From positions 1 to 53,546 of the forward strand of contig JAKLGA010000009.1 of NCBI GenBank assembly GCA_022710975.1: DNA of 53,546 nucleotides. Reading direction: 5' to 3'. Below are positions 27,985 to 36,912 of this stretch, piece after piece. Each line of letters begins with the position of its first letter. The stretch's first letter is position 1. This stretch comes from Myxococcota bacterium (GTDB lineage: Bacteria > Myxococcota > B64-G9). The notes under the pieces were generated by a model. That model made no database searches. It was not told the DNA's origin and was given only the letters and a program-made list of their open reading frames with translations. A program made the translations under genes and the position numbers.

Positions 27985-28621
27985 CCAGGACGCGCAGCAG
28001 CCGCTCGGCGGCCCGGCGCGGGGGCGCCGCGGGCGCCTCGGCCGGGTAGCCCACGGGCACCAGCGCGGCCACCTCCCAGCTGTCTTGAAGACCGAGCAGA
28101 CGGCCGAGCGCCGGCGCGGCCACCAGCGGGCCGGTCATCCAGCAGGCCCCCAGCCCGAGCGCGTGGGCGGCCAGGAGCAGGTTCTCGACGGCGGCCGCCA
28201 CCGAGGCCAGCGAGTCCTCGGCCTGGCGGCCGGCCGGGCTGCCCGCGGGCCGGGCCCGGCGCTGTTGGCTGGCGGCCAGGAGATCGGGCCCCGGGCGGTG
28301 GGCGAAGGCCAGCACCAGCGGGGCCTGGTCGAAGAAGCAGAAGGCGTCCAGGTAGCGGTTGGCGTCCTCCGCGGCCTCGGGCCGGAGCCCGGCCCGGAAG
28401 GGGGCCAGCGCCTCGTCCACCGCGGCCCGCAGGGCGGCCCGCCGCCCGGGCGCGCTCACCGCGAGGAGCCGCCAGGCCTGGCGGTTTCCGGCCGAGGGCG
28501 CCCAGCGCGCCGCCTCGGCCAGCTTCGAGACCAGCTCCGCCGGCACCGGCTCGGGCCGGAAGCGCCGGATCGAGCGCCGCCCGCGCAGGAGCTCGAGCAG
28601 CCGGGCGTAGCTCTCGGACAT
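27941..28621 (-). CDS. Nitroreductase-family flavoprotein
   Basis: RRSIRRFRPEPVPAELVSKLAEAARWAPSAGNRQAWRLL is the nitroreductase N-terminal signature; 226 aa; first gene of the minus-strand arm, GGGGAGG RBS. Confidence 0.8.
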   Translation of the reverse strand: MSESYARLLELLRGRRSIRRFRPEPVPAELVSKLAEAARWAPSAGNRQAWRLLAVSAPGRRAALRAAVDEALAPFRAGLRPEAAEDANRYLDAFCFFDQAPLVLAFAHRPGPDLLAASQQRRARPAGSPAGRQAEDSLASVAAAVENLLLAAHALGLGACWMTGPLVAAPALGRLLGLQDSWEVAALVPVGYPAEAPAAPPRRAAERLLRVLDAGDDGEDGPREGG

Positions 28622-28695
28622 GGCGCCTCCCCGCGGCGTGGTTGCCGACCGCCGCGGCGTGTGGGATCATCCCCGGCCTGCGAGGAGGAGTCAAC

Positions 28696-29445
28696 GTGGC
28701 CGAAGACGGAACGCTCCGGGGCATGCGGGTGCTGGTGACCGGCGGGACGGGCTCCATCGGCCGGGCCATGTGCCGGGCCTTCGCCCGGGAGGGGGCGGAT
28801 CTCGCCTTCACCTGGAACCGGCGCGAGGCGGAGGCCGGGGCGCTGGCGGCCGAGCTCCAGGGCCGGGGCGTGCGCGCGCTGCACGGCCGGGTGGGCGCCA
28901 CCGACGGGCCGGCCATCCAGGCCTTCTGCGAGCGGGTGGAGACGGAGCTCGGCGCGCTGGACGCGCTGGTGAACAACCTCGGCGGCACCCAGGTGCTGCC
29001 CTTCGCGCTGATCGACGAGCCCGACTGGGACGAGACCCTGGCGCTCAACCTCAAGTCGATGTTCCTGTTCTCCAAGGCGGTGGTGCGGGGCATGATCCGC
29101 CGCAAGGCGGGGGTGATCCTCAACCTGGGCTCCCTGGCCGGCCGGCGCATGCTGGAGGTGCCGGTGCACTACGCCACCGCCAAGGCCGGGGTGACCGGGT
29201 TCACCATCTCGCTGGCCAAGGAGCTGGCCCGCTACGGCATCCGCGTGCTGGAGCTGACGCCGGGGCTCATCCAGGGCGGCATCGGCGACAACGTCAGCGA
29301 GCGCCAGCTCGCCGAGTACAACCGCTACTGCGCCCTCGGCCGACCGGGCACGGCCGAGGAGGTGGCCGAGCTGGCCGCCTTCCTGATCTCCCCGCGCGCC
29401 GGCTACATGAACGCGGTCAGCGTCCAGCTCGACGGGGGGCTGTGA
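28696..29445 (+). CDS. SDR-family 3-oxoacyl-ACP reductase-like (FabG-like)
   Basis: GTG start after GGAGGAG RBS; TGGTGSIGRAM, NNLG, YATAKAG (YxxxK); 249 aa; first gene of plus-strand arm, divergent from nitroreductase. Confidence 0.85.
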   Translation: MAEDGTLRGMRVLVTGGTGSIGRAMCRAFAREGADLAFTWNRREAEAGALAAELQGRGVRALHGRVGATDGPAIQAFCERVETELGALDALVNNLGGTQVLPFALIDEPDWDETLALNLKSMFLFSKAVVRGMIRRKAGVILNLGSLAGRRMLEVPVHYATAKAGVTGFTISLAKELARYGIRVLELTPGLIQGGIGDNVSERQLAEYNRYCALGRPGTAEEVAELAAFLISPRAGYMNAVSVQLDGGL

Positions 29446-29448
29446 GGA

Positions 29449-30915
29449 ATGCCCGTGGCGCCCGGTGAGCTGCCCATCTACCTGGGCCTGTCCCAGGGCC
29501 TGTGCCGCGAGTGCCGGCGCGTGGTGCCGGCCCGCTACCTGGCCGACGCGCAGGGGGTGTGGCTGGAGCGGCTGTGCCCCGAGCACGGCCCGGCCCGGGC
29601 CCGGGTGGCCGAGAGCCTGGCCTGGTTCCAGGACGCGCTGCGGGCCCCCATGGCCCCGCGCCCGCCGGCGCAGGCCCGGCCGCGCAGCGCCGGCTGCCCG
29701 GAGAGCTGCGGGCCGTGCAGCTTCCACGCCCAGGCCTGCCACCTGCCGGTCTTCTCCATCACCAACGCCTGCGATCTGCGCTGCCCGATCTGCTTCACCT
29801 ACAACCGCGCCGACCGCCTGTACTTCATGCCGCCCGAGGAGTTCCAGCGCCAGATCGAGTTCGTGGTCCGGGCCACCGGCGGGACGCACCTGGTCAACGT
29901 GACCGGCGGCGAGCCGTTCATGCATCCGCGGCTCTTCGAGCTCCTGGCGCTCGCGCGGCGGCCCGAGATCGGACGCGTCACGGTGAACACCAACGGGCTG
30001 GCCATCGCCGCCGACCCGTCTCTGGCCCGGCGCCTGGCCGGGGTGGGCGCCTACGCCATCCTGTCGCTCGACACGCTCGACCGGGAGCGCAGCCTGCGGC
30101 TGCACGGGCGGGACATCGTGGACGAGAAGCGCCGCGCGCTCGACGCGCTCGAGGCGGCGGGCGTGCCCACGACGCTGCTGATGGTGCTGGCCGGCGGGAT
30201 CAACGAGGCCGACCTGGCCCCCGTCCTCGAGCTGGCCATGCGCCGCGAGCACGTGCGCTCCTTGACCATCCAGTGCATGACCTACACCGGCCAGGGCGGC
30301 GGCGCCTTCCTGCCGCGCCGGCACCTGCCGGTGGAGAGCGTCGAGCGCATGCTGGCCGAGGCCAGCGGCGGTTGGCTGCGCCCGGGCGACTTCATGCCGC
30401 TGCCCTCGGCCCACCCGCTGTGCTACGGGGTGAGCTACCTGGTGTGCGAGCCCCGGGCCGGGCTGCACCCCTTCGCCCGGCTGCTCAGCCGCGAGGTGCT
30501 GGCGCGTAGCCTGGTGGGAGGGTACCTGCTCGAGCCGACCGCGGAGCTCGAGACCTCGCTGCGGGACGCCATCGACCGGCTGTGGTCCGAGGGGGCCGAG
30601 CCCGGCCTCTTGCGGGCGCTGAAGAGCATGCTGACCACCATCTACCCGACCGGGCAGTCGCTGGGCGTGGCCGAGCGCCAGCGCCGGGCCGAGTCCACGG
30701 TCAAGACGCTGTACGTGCACGCGCACATGGACGAGGACACCTGGGAGGTGGGCCGGGCCATGCGCTGTCCGGACCAGGTGCCGGTGGACGCCGAGCGGCT
30801 GATCGGCGCCTGCAACTACAACCTGTTCTACCGCATGCGGGATGAGCGCTTCTGGGTGGAGCCCGGCTGCGCCGGCCGCGAGGCCGGGGGTTGCGGGCAG
30901 GAGCCAGCGCCATGA
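29449..30915 (+). CDS. Radical SAM enzyme with N-terminal rubredoxin-like Cys3His module and second Cys cluster, paralog 1
   Basis: N-term CRECRR...WLERLCPEHG (CxxC / CPxHG knuckles), then GCPESCGPCSFHAQAC, then rSAM core CDLRCPICF (CxxxCxxC) and GGEPF; C-terminal RAMRC...ACNYN; 488 aa. Confidence 0.85.
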   Translation: MPVAPGELPIYLGLSQGLCRECRRVVPARYLADAQGVWLERLCPEHGPARARVAESLAWFQDALRAPMAPRPPAQARPRSAGCPESCGPCSFHAQACHLPVFSITNACDLRCPICFTYNRADRLYFMPPEEFQRQIEFVVRATGGTHLVNVTGGEPFMHPRLFELLALARRPEIGRVTVNTNGLAIAADPSLARRLAGVGAYAILSLDTLDRERSLRLHGRDIVDEKRRALDALEAAGVPTTLLMVLAGGINEADLAPVLELAMRREHVRSLTIQCMTYTGQGGGAFLPRRHLPVESVERMLAEASGGWLRPGDFMPLPSAHPLCYGVSYLVCEPRAGLHPFARLLSREVLARSLVGGYLLEPTAELETSLRDAIDRLWSEGAEPGLLRALKSMLTTIYPTGQSLGVAERQRRAESTVKTLYVHAHMDEDTWEVGRAMRCPDQVPVDAERLIGACNYNLFYRMRDERFWVEPGCAGREAGGCGQEPAP

Positions 30916-32327
30916 GCGCCCGGCCGCTCCCCCCGCCGGTGGAGACCTTCGCCGCCACCCGGGCGCTGTGCAACCTGTGCGGCCGGTTGACCGACGCGCG
31001 CATCGCCTTCCAGGGCGAGGAGGTCTGGCTGGAGAAGCACTGCCTGGAGCACGGCCCGAGCCGCACGCTCGTCTCCACCGACCGGGCTGGCTACCTGCTG
31101 TCGCTCGGCTTCGTGAAGCCCGGCCAGGATCCGCGCGCGCGAGCCGTACGGGACTACCGGGGCTGCCCGGGCTCGTGCGGGCTGTGCCCGGCCCACCAGC
31201 AGCACACCTGCGTGCCCATCCTCGAGCTCACCGGGCGCTGCGACCTCGACTGCCCCGTGTGTCTGGTGCACGGCCAGGCCCAGCCCGAGCTCGGCCTGGA
31301 GGACGTGCGCCGGGTGGTGGCGGCGCTGCTCGGCTACGAGGGGCGGCTGCACATGCTGAACCTCTCGGGCGGCGAGCCCACCGCCCACCCCCGCTTCCTG
31401 GAGATCGTCGAGGAGCTCGCGGCCCGGCCGGAGATCGGCGTGCTCAGCGTGTCCACCAACGGCCTGCGGCTGGGCGAGGACGAGCGCCTGGCCCGGCGGC
31501 TGGCGGAGCTCAAGGTGGTGGTCTCGCTGCAGGTGGACGGGCTGGCCGGGGAGGGCGACCTCGCGCTGCGCGGGCGGCCGGGGCTGGCCGCGCTGAAGCG
31601 CCGGGCGCTGGAGCGGGTGCTCGCGGCCGGAGGGCGGCTGTCCCTGGTCTACACCCTGGAGCGCGGAGTGAACGAGGCCGGGCTCGCCGAGGTGCTCGCG
31701 CTGCTCTTCTCGAACGACGCCATCCTGAGCCTGATGGTCCAGCCCCTGGCCCACGCCCGGCGCGCCCCGGCGGGCGATCTGCGCGAGGTGCGCGCTGGCC
31801 TGACCACCCCCGAGGTGGTGGGGCTGCTGGTGGCCGCCTCCGGCGGGGTGCTCGAGCCGCGGGACCTCACCCCGCTGCCCTGCTCGCACCCGGCCTGTTT
31901 CTCCCTCACCTACCTGCTGCGCGCCCGGGGCGGCAAGCTGGTGTCGCTGCCCAGGCTGGTGGACGCGGACACCTACCTGGACGCCATCAAGAACCAGGCC
32001 CTGCTGCGCACCGACCCCGAGGGGCTGCAGGCCGTCAAGGACGCGCTCTACAAGCTGTGGTCGTCGAGCGGGGTGATACCGGACCGGGAGGACGTGCTGG
32101 CGACGGTCAAGCAGCTCCTGCTCGATCTCCAGCGGGTGGATCCGCGCGGCCCGCTGCGGGACGGCCTGGAGCTCGGGCTGACGAACGTGAAGTCGATCTT
32201 CATCCACAGCTTCATGGACCGCTACACCTTCGACCTGTCGCGGGCCATGAAGTGCTGCAACCACTACCCGCAGGCTGATGGCCGGATGCTGCCGGCCTGC
32301 ATGCGCAACGTCGGGCTGGCCCGCTGA
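30912..32327 (+). CDS. Radical SAM enzyme with N-terminal rubredoxin-like Cys3His module, paralog 2
   Basis: CNLCGR...WLEKHCLEHG, GCPGSCGLCPAHQQHTC, rSAM CDLDCPVC, GGEPT, C-terminal RAMKCC...ACMRN; AGGAG RBS 8 nt before ATG 30912, which overlaps paralog-1 stop (ATGA). Confidence 0.85.
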   Translation: MSARPLPPPVETFAATRALCNLCGRLTDARIAFQGEEVWLEKHCLEHGPSRTLVSTDRAGYLLSLGFVKPGQDPRARAVRDYRGCPGSCGLCPAHQQHTCVPILELTGRCDLDCPVCLVHGQAQPELGLEDVRRVVAALLGYEGRLHMLNLSGGEPTAHPRFLEIVEELAARPEIGVLSVSTNGLRLGEDERLARRLAELKVVVSLQVDGLAGEGDLALRGRPGLAALKRRALERVLAAGGRLSLVYTLERGVNEAGLAEVLALLFSNDAILSLMVQPLAHARRAPAGDLREVRAGLTTPEVVGLLVAASGGVLEPRDLTPLPCSHPACFSLTYLLRARGGKLVSLPRLVDADTYLDAIKNQALLRTDPEGLQAVKDALYKLWSSSGVIPDREDVLATVKQLLLDLQRVDPRGPLRDGLELGLTNVKSIFIHSFMDRYTFDLSRAMKCCNHYPQADGRMLPACMRNVGLAR

Positions 32328-32361
32328 ACAATCTCGCCCAGGCGGCGGGGGGAGGCGCTCC

Positions 32362-33414
32362 ATGGACGTCGATCTGTTCGGGCTGGAGATGAGCTGGGCG
32401 GACTTCGCCCAGGCGCTGGGGCTGGGCTTCCTGGCCTGGTTCTTCGTGCGCCACGTGCTGCTCGGGTTCATCGTGGTCGACCAGAACGAGCGCGCGGTGA
32501 AGACGAGCTTCGGGCGGGCCCTGCGCCTGGGGCAGACCACCACGCTGGCGCTGCCCATCGCCGAGGTCCTGAGCCCGGACCAGCGCAAGCGCTACTCGTT
32601 TCCCCAGGTGCGGGTCATGGGCCCGGGCTGGTACTTCAAGTGGCCCTGGCAGCGGGTGCACAAGGTGAGCATCGCCACCCGCACGGTGAACATGGCCTGG
32701 GATCCGGAGACCCCGTCCGCCAACCACAACGGCACCATGCTGGAGGCGGTCACCAAGGACCAGCTCAACACCGGGCTCACGGGCGACATCCGCTGGCGGG
32801 TGAGCGAGCAGAACCTGTACGCCTACCTGTTCGGGGTCAAGCGGCCCATCGCCCACGTCATGGGCTACTTCGTGTCCGTGCTGCGCGAGCGCATCGCCAA
32901 CTTCGAGGCCCCCAAGACCGCGGCCGCCCCGGCCGCCCAGGCGGGTCCGGGCGCGCTGCCTGGCTTGCCCATGGACGCCTCCATGGTGCAGGGGGTGAGC
33001 ATCAACGATCTGCGCAAGAACCTGCGCGACATCAACGACCACATGGACCGCGAGTGCCGCTCGTCCGAGGCGCGCTACGGCATCCTGCTGGACGCCTCGC
33101 TGATCACCGGCATCGATCCGCCGCCCGAGGTGGAGTCGGCCCTGGCGGCCATCAACACCGCCCACAACCAGGTGTCCTCCGACATCAGCCTGGCCCAGGC
33201 CGGGGCCGACCAGAAGATCGTCCAGTCCCGCCGGGCGGTGGAGATCGAGACCATGCGGGCCCAGGCCGAGGTGTCGCCGCTGACCGCCCAGGCCGAGCAG
33301 CTCGCGGCGCTGAAGGCGGCCGGGGGCAAGGAGGCGCTGGCCGCGTACCGGCGCTTCGTGCGCCTGGAGCTCTTCAAGCAAGCCGGCCAGGTGGTGCAGG
33401 AGGTGCGGTCATGA
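32362..33414 (+). CDS. SPFH/band-7 (stomatin/flotillin/HflK-like) membrane protein 1
   Basis: N-terminal TM LGLGFLAWFFVRHVLLGFIVV followed by VDQNERAVKTSFGR (SPFH start motif), long C-terminal coiled-coil-like Ala/Gln-rich region; GGGGGGAGG RBS. Confidence 0.8.
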   Translation: MDVDLFGLEMSWADFAQALGLGFLAWFFVRHVLLGFIVVDQNERAVKTSFGRALRLGQTTTLALPIAEVLSPDQRKRYSFPQVRVMGPGWYFKWPWQRVHKVSIATRTVNMAWDPETPSANHNGTMLEAVTKDQLNTGLTGDIRWRVSEQNLYAYLFGVKRPIAHVMGYFVSVLRERIANFEAPKTAAAPAAQAGPGALPGLPMDASMVQGVSINDLRKNLRDINDHMDRECRSSEARYGILLDASLITGIDPPPEVESALAAINTAHNQVSSDISLAQAGADQKIVQSRRAVEIETMRAQAEVSPLTAQAEQLAALKAAGGKEALAAYRRFVRLELFKQAGQVVQEVRS

Positions 33415-34376
33415 GCGAGAACGGCTGGCTGCTCACCGGGATCGCCTTCGGCGGCTTCTTCCTGGCCGTGCCCATCTTCCTGGGGTTCCTGCGCTTCCTC
33501 GGCTTCTACGCCGTGGTCCAGGAGCGCACCTGCCAGGTGTACGTGCTGTTCGGCAAGGTGGTCACGGTGATCGAGGAGCCCGGGCTCCACTTCCTGTGGC
33601 TCAAGATGGGCCTGAAGGCCCCGGTGGTGCGCTGGATCGGCAAGCTGTACGTGGTGGACATGCGGCTCGACCAGACCTACATGCGCTCCCAGCCGGTCAA
33701 CTCCGAGGAGGGCGCCCCCATGGGCATCGGCATCTGGTACGAGATGTACATCTCGGACCCGCTGGCCTTCCTGTTCAAGAACACCGACCCGCGCGGGTCG
33801 CTCCGGGCCAACGTGTCCAACGCCACGGTGCGCTGCCTGTCGAACATGAAGCTCGGCGAGATGCTCCAGACCCGGCACCTCATGTCCGAGACGGTGCGCA
33901 ACGAGGTCTCGCCCAAGAGCCACGAGTGGGGCTACCGGCTGGGCTCGGTGTACATCCGCAAGGTGCACTTCCGCGACGCGGGCATGATCGCGCAGATCGA
34001 GGAGAAGGTGGTGAACCGCCTGCGCCAGGTCACCTCGGCCATCCGGCAGGAGGGCCAGAACCAGGTCAGCCTCATCTCCAGCGCGGCCGAGCGCGAGGCG
34101 GCCGTGGACTTCGCCAAGGCCGCGGCGCTCCGGCCGGAGATCGTGGGCGCGGCGCTCCGGCGCATCGGCCAGGATGCGGAGGTGAGCGAGGCGCTGTTCG
34201 AGGTGCTGGAGAACCAGGCGCTGGTGGCGAGCGGCGCCCGGCTCACCCTGGTGCCACCCGGCCAGGCGGTGTTGCCGGCGCTCCTGGCGGCCCGCGCCGC
34301 GCCGGCGTCCGGCCCGGCGCCCGCGGGCCGTCCCGTCCCGGCCCCGGGTAGGTTCCCCGTGCCCACCCAGCCGTGA
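33411..34376 (+). CDS. SPFH/band-7 membrane protein 2
   Basis: TM LLTGIAFGGFFLAVPIFLGFL, SPFH motif VVQERTCQVYVLFGKVVTVIEEPGLHF; start overlaps paralog-1 stop (ATGA). Confidence 0.8.
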   Translation: MSENGWLLTGIAFGGFFLAVPIFLGFLRFLGFYAVVQERTCQVYVLFGKVVTVIEEPGLHFLWLKMGLKAPVVRWIGKLYVVDMRLDQTYMRSQPVNSEEGAPMGIGIWYEMYISDPLAFLFKNTDPRGSLRANVSNATVRCLSNMKLGEMLQTRHLMSETVRNEVSPKSHEWGYRLGSVYIRKVHFRDAGMIAQIEEKVVNRLRQVTSAIRQEGQNQVSLISSAAEREAAVDFAKAAALRPEIVGAALRRIGQDAEVSEALFEVLENQALVASGARLTLVPPGQAVLPALLAARAAPASGPAPAGRPVPAPGRFPVPTQP

Positions 34377-34473
34377 CCCGCCGATCGAGCTGCGGCCCGG
34401 GCTCCACTCAGGGTTGACTACGGAGTCGAACGGGTTCAGATTTTCTTAAGAAGTGAGGAGATAGGCTTCGGGG

Positions 34474-34932
34474 TTGGCGAGGGCGCACTTGGATTCTGTC
34501 TGCCATATCGAGGGCTTCGAGCCCAGGCTCCTGGGCATCCTGTGCCACTGGTGCTCCTATACCGGCGCGGACCAGGCCGGCGCGGCGAAGCTGCCCTGCC
34601 CGCCGAACCTGCGCATCGCGCGGGTGATGTGCAGCGGGCGGGTCGAGCCCGAGCTCATCCTGCGCGCCTTCCTGCAGGGGGCGGACGGGGTGCTGGTGTG
34701 CGGGTGCCACCCGGGCGACTGCCACTACCTGGGAGGCAACTGCAAGGCCGCCCTGCGCGTCGGCCTGCTGCGACGGGTGCTCGCGCAGCTCGGCATCGCG
34801 CCGGGCCGGCTGCGGCTCGAGTGGGTCAGCGCCAGCGAGGGGGAGCGTTTCTCGCGCGTCGCCCAGGAGGCGGTGGACGCGATGCGCGCGCTCGGCCCGC
34901 TGGGGCTCGGCGGCGGGCAGGTGGCGCCATGA
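34474..34932 (+). CDS. MvhD-like iron-sulfur protein (methyl-viologen-reducing hydrogenase delta subunit family)
   Basis: ILCHWCSYTGADQAG...RVMCSGRVEPELILRAFLQGADGVLVCGCHPGDCHYLGGN is the MvhD/FlpD signature; TTG start, GAGGAG upstream. Confidence 0.75.
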   Translation: MARAHLDSVCHIEGFEPRLLGILCHWCSYTGADQAGAAKLPCPPNLRIARVMCSGRVEPELILRAFLQGADGVLVCGCHPGDCHYLGGNCKAALRVGLLRRVLAQLGIAPGRLRLEWVSASEGERFSRVAQEAVDAMRALGPLGLGGGQVAP

Positions 34933-36884
34933 GCCGGCCGGACGCCGCCCCGGTGCGGGTCTACCTGTGCGAGTGCGGGCCCATCCTCCGGGAGGCCCTG
35001 GATCTCGCCGCCCTGGGCCACGCCCTGGCCGGCGCGCCCGGGGTCGAGGCCGTCGAGCGGCAGGCCACCCTGTGCTCGCCCGAGGGCCAGGCCTGGCTCG
35101 GGCGCGAACTCGCGGCCCACCCGGGCTGCCGCCCGGTGGTGGTGGCCTGCTCGCCCCGCGAGCACGGCCGGACGTTCATGGACGTCTGCCGCAGGGCCGG
35201 GACCAACCCCTACCTGCTGGCCATCGCCAACGTCCGCGAGCAGTGCGCCTGGGTCACGCGGGAGCCGGCCCGGGCGCTGGAGAAGGCGATCGCGCTCGGC
35301 CGGGCGGCCATCGCCAGGGCCAGGCTGCAGCAGGAGCTCGAGGAGCAGGAGATCGATTGCTGCCCGGACGCCCTGGTCCTCGGCGCGGGCGTGGCCGGGC
35401 TCACCGCGGCGCTGCTGCTGGCCCGGGCCGATCGGCGGGTCGTCCTGGTGGAGCGCGCCCCGGCCATCGGCGGCCGGACCGTGCTGCTGTCCGAGCTGTT
35501 CCCGCACCTCGAGTGCGCCTCCTGCGCCCTGGTGCCCCTGATGGACGAGGTGCTGCACCACCCGAACATCGAGGTGCTGACCTCGAGCCAGGTCGAGCGT
35601 GTGCTGGGCTCGTTCGGCAACTTCCAGGTCGGCATCCGCCGGCGGGCCCGGTTCGTCGATCCGGCCGCCTGCTATGGCTGCGGGACCTGCCACGCGGCCT
35701 GCCCGGTCGAGGGGCCCAACGAGCACCAGCAGGGCCTGGGGCGGCGCAAGGCGATCTACCTGCCCTACGCCGGAGCGCTGCCCAACGTCTCCACGCTGGA
35801 CGCCGAGCGCTGCCTGCGCCGGACCGGCCAGGCCTGCGACGCCTGCCAGAAGGCCTGCCCCTTCGGCGCCATCGACCTGCAGGCCCAGGAGGCGGTGCTC
35901 GAGCGGCGGGTGGGCGGGATCGTGGTGGCCACGGGCGCCGACACCCCCCTGCGGGGCGCGGCCGCGCGGATGCCCCGGGTGATCACCGCCGCCGCCCTGG
36001 AGCGCATGCTCGACCCGGCCGGGCCCACCGGCGGGGAGCTCCGCCCGGCCGGGTTGCCGCCGCCGCGCTCGGTGGCGCTGGTGCACTGCGCCACCGCGGA
36101 TGGCCGGGCGCCCGCACCGACCTGCTCCAAGGTGTGCTGCCAGGCCCTGGCCAAGTACGCCCACGCGCTGCGCGCGCGGCTGCCGGACGCCAAGCTCACG
36201 CGCCTGGTCTGGGACGAGTGCGCGGGCGGCAAGGGGGCGCGCGAGTTCGTGCGCGACGCCTTCAGGGCGCCGGGCGTCGAGAGCGTGCGCCTGCTGCCGG
36301 GCGAGCGGCTCGAGGGGCTCGAGGAGCGTGGGGACTCGGTCTGGCTGAAGCTGCGGCGCGGCCGGCGGCTGGAGGTGGTGCAGGCCGAGCTGGTGGTGCT
36401 GGCCACGGCCATGGAGGGGGCGAGCCAGGTCGAGGCGCTGGCCGGGCGGATGCGCCTCGGGCTGGATCCGGCCGGCTTCGTGGTCGAGGAGAACGACCGG
36501 CTGGCCTCCTACCGCACGCGGGTGGAGGGGATCTTCGTGGCCGGCTGCGCCCAGGGGCCCAAGGACGTGCAGGAGTCGAGCGCCCAGGCGGCCGGGGCGA
36601 GCGGGGCCCTGCTGTCCGCGCTGGTGCCGGGGCGGAAGCTCAAGCTGGAGCCCGCGGTGGCCCGCGTGGACCCGGCCCTGTGCGGCGGGTGCCGCGCCTG
36701 CGTGGGCGCCTGCCCCTTCCAGGCGGTGCGCTACGACCAGGAGCGGCGCGCGGCCCAGGTGACGGAGGTGCTGTGCCGGGGCTGCGGGACCTGCGCCGCG
36801 GGCTGCCCGGCCGGGGCCATCCAGGCCCTGCACTTCACGGCGGAGCAACTGGGCGGAGAGATCTCCGCGTTACTGGAGGGATGA
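34929..36884 (+). CDS. HdrA-like FAD-dependent iron-sulfur flavoprotein (heterodisulfide reductase subunit A family)
   Basis: FAD motif LVLGAGVAGLTAALLLA, ferredoxin-type motifs CYGCGTCHAACP and CGGCRACVGACP, further CxxC clusters; 651 aa; start overlaps MvhD stop. Confidence 0.8.
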   Translation: MSRPDAAPVRVYLCECGPILREALDLAALGHALAGAPGVEAVERQATLCSPEGQAWLGRELAAHPGCRPVVVACSPREHGRTFMDVCRRAGTNPYLLAIANVREQCAWVTREPARALEKAIALGRAAIARARLQQELEEQEIDCCPDALVLGAGVAGLTAALLLARADRRVVLVERAPAIGGRTVLLSELFPHLECASCALVPLMDEVLHHPNIEVLTSSQVERVLGSFGNFQVGIRRRARFVDPAACYGCGTCHAACPVEGPNEHQQGLGRRKAIYLPYAGALPNVSTLDAERCLRRTGQACDACQKACPFGAIDLQAQEAVLERRVGGIVVATGADTPLRGAAARMPRVITAAALERMLDPAGPTGGELRPAGLPPPRSVALVHCATADGRAPAPTCSKVCCQALAKYAHALRARLPDAKLTRLVWDECAGGKGAREFVRDAFRAPGVESVRLLPGERLEGLEERGDSVWLKLRRGRRLEVVQAELVVLATAMEGASQVEALAGRMRLGLDPAGFVVEENDRLASYRTRVEGIFVAGCAQGPKDVQESSAQAAGASGALLSALVPGRKLKLEPAVARVDPALCGGCRACVGACPFQAVRYDQERRAAQVTEVLCRGCGTCAAGCPAGAIQALHFTAEQLGGEISALLEG

Positions 36885-36912
36885 CGGGGCCCCCACGGAA
36901 AGGAGCTGACCG

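Noticed and set aside
23638-28621. Ordinary fatty-acid-synthesis (fab) operon
   Set aside because: The canonical fabH-fabD-fabG-acpP-fabF order is absent. There is no ACP or malonyl transferase. The second KS lacks the catalytic triad, and a nitroreductase leads the operon. So this is not the housekeeping FAS locus.
29449-32327. Tandem radical-SAM paralogs as FO synthase CofG/CofH, or heme-d1 NirJ/AhbC/AhbD, or PqqE-type peptide maturases
   Set aside because: Sizes (about 480 aa) and the N-terminal rubredoxin-like module do not fit CofG/H (about 360-400 aa, no such N-terminus). No SPASM-type C-terminal CxxCxxxxxC-x-C pattern or precursor-peptide gene is evident. The context (FAS-like genes, SPFH, HdrA) is unrelated to F420 or heme d1. 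I could not fully exclude these without profile searches.
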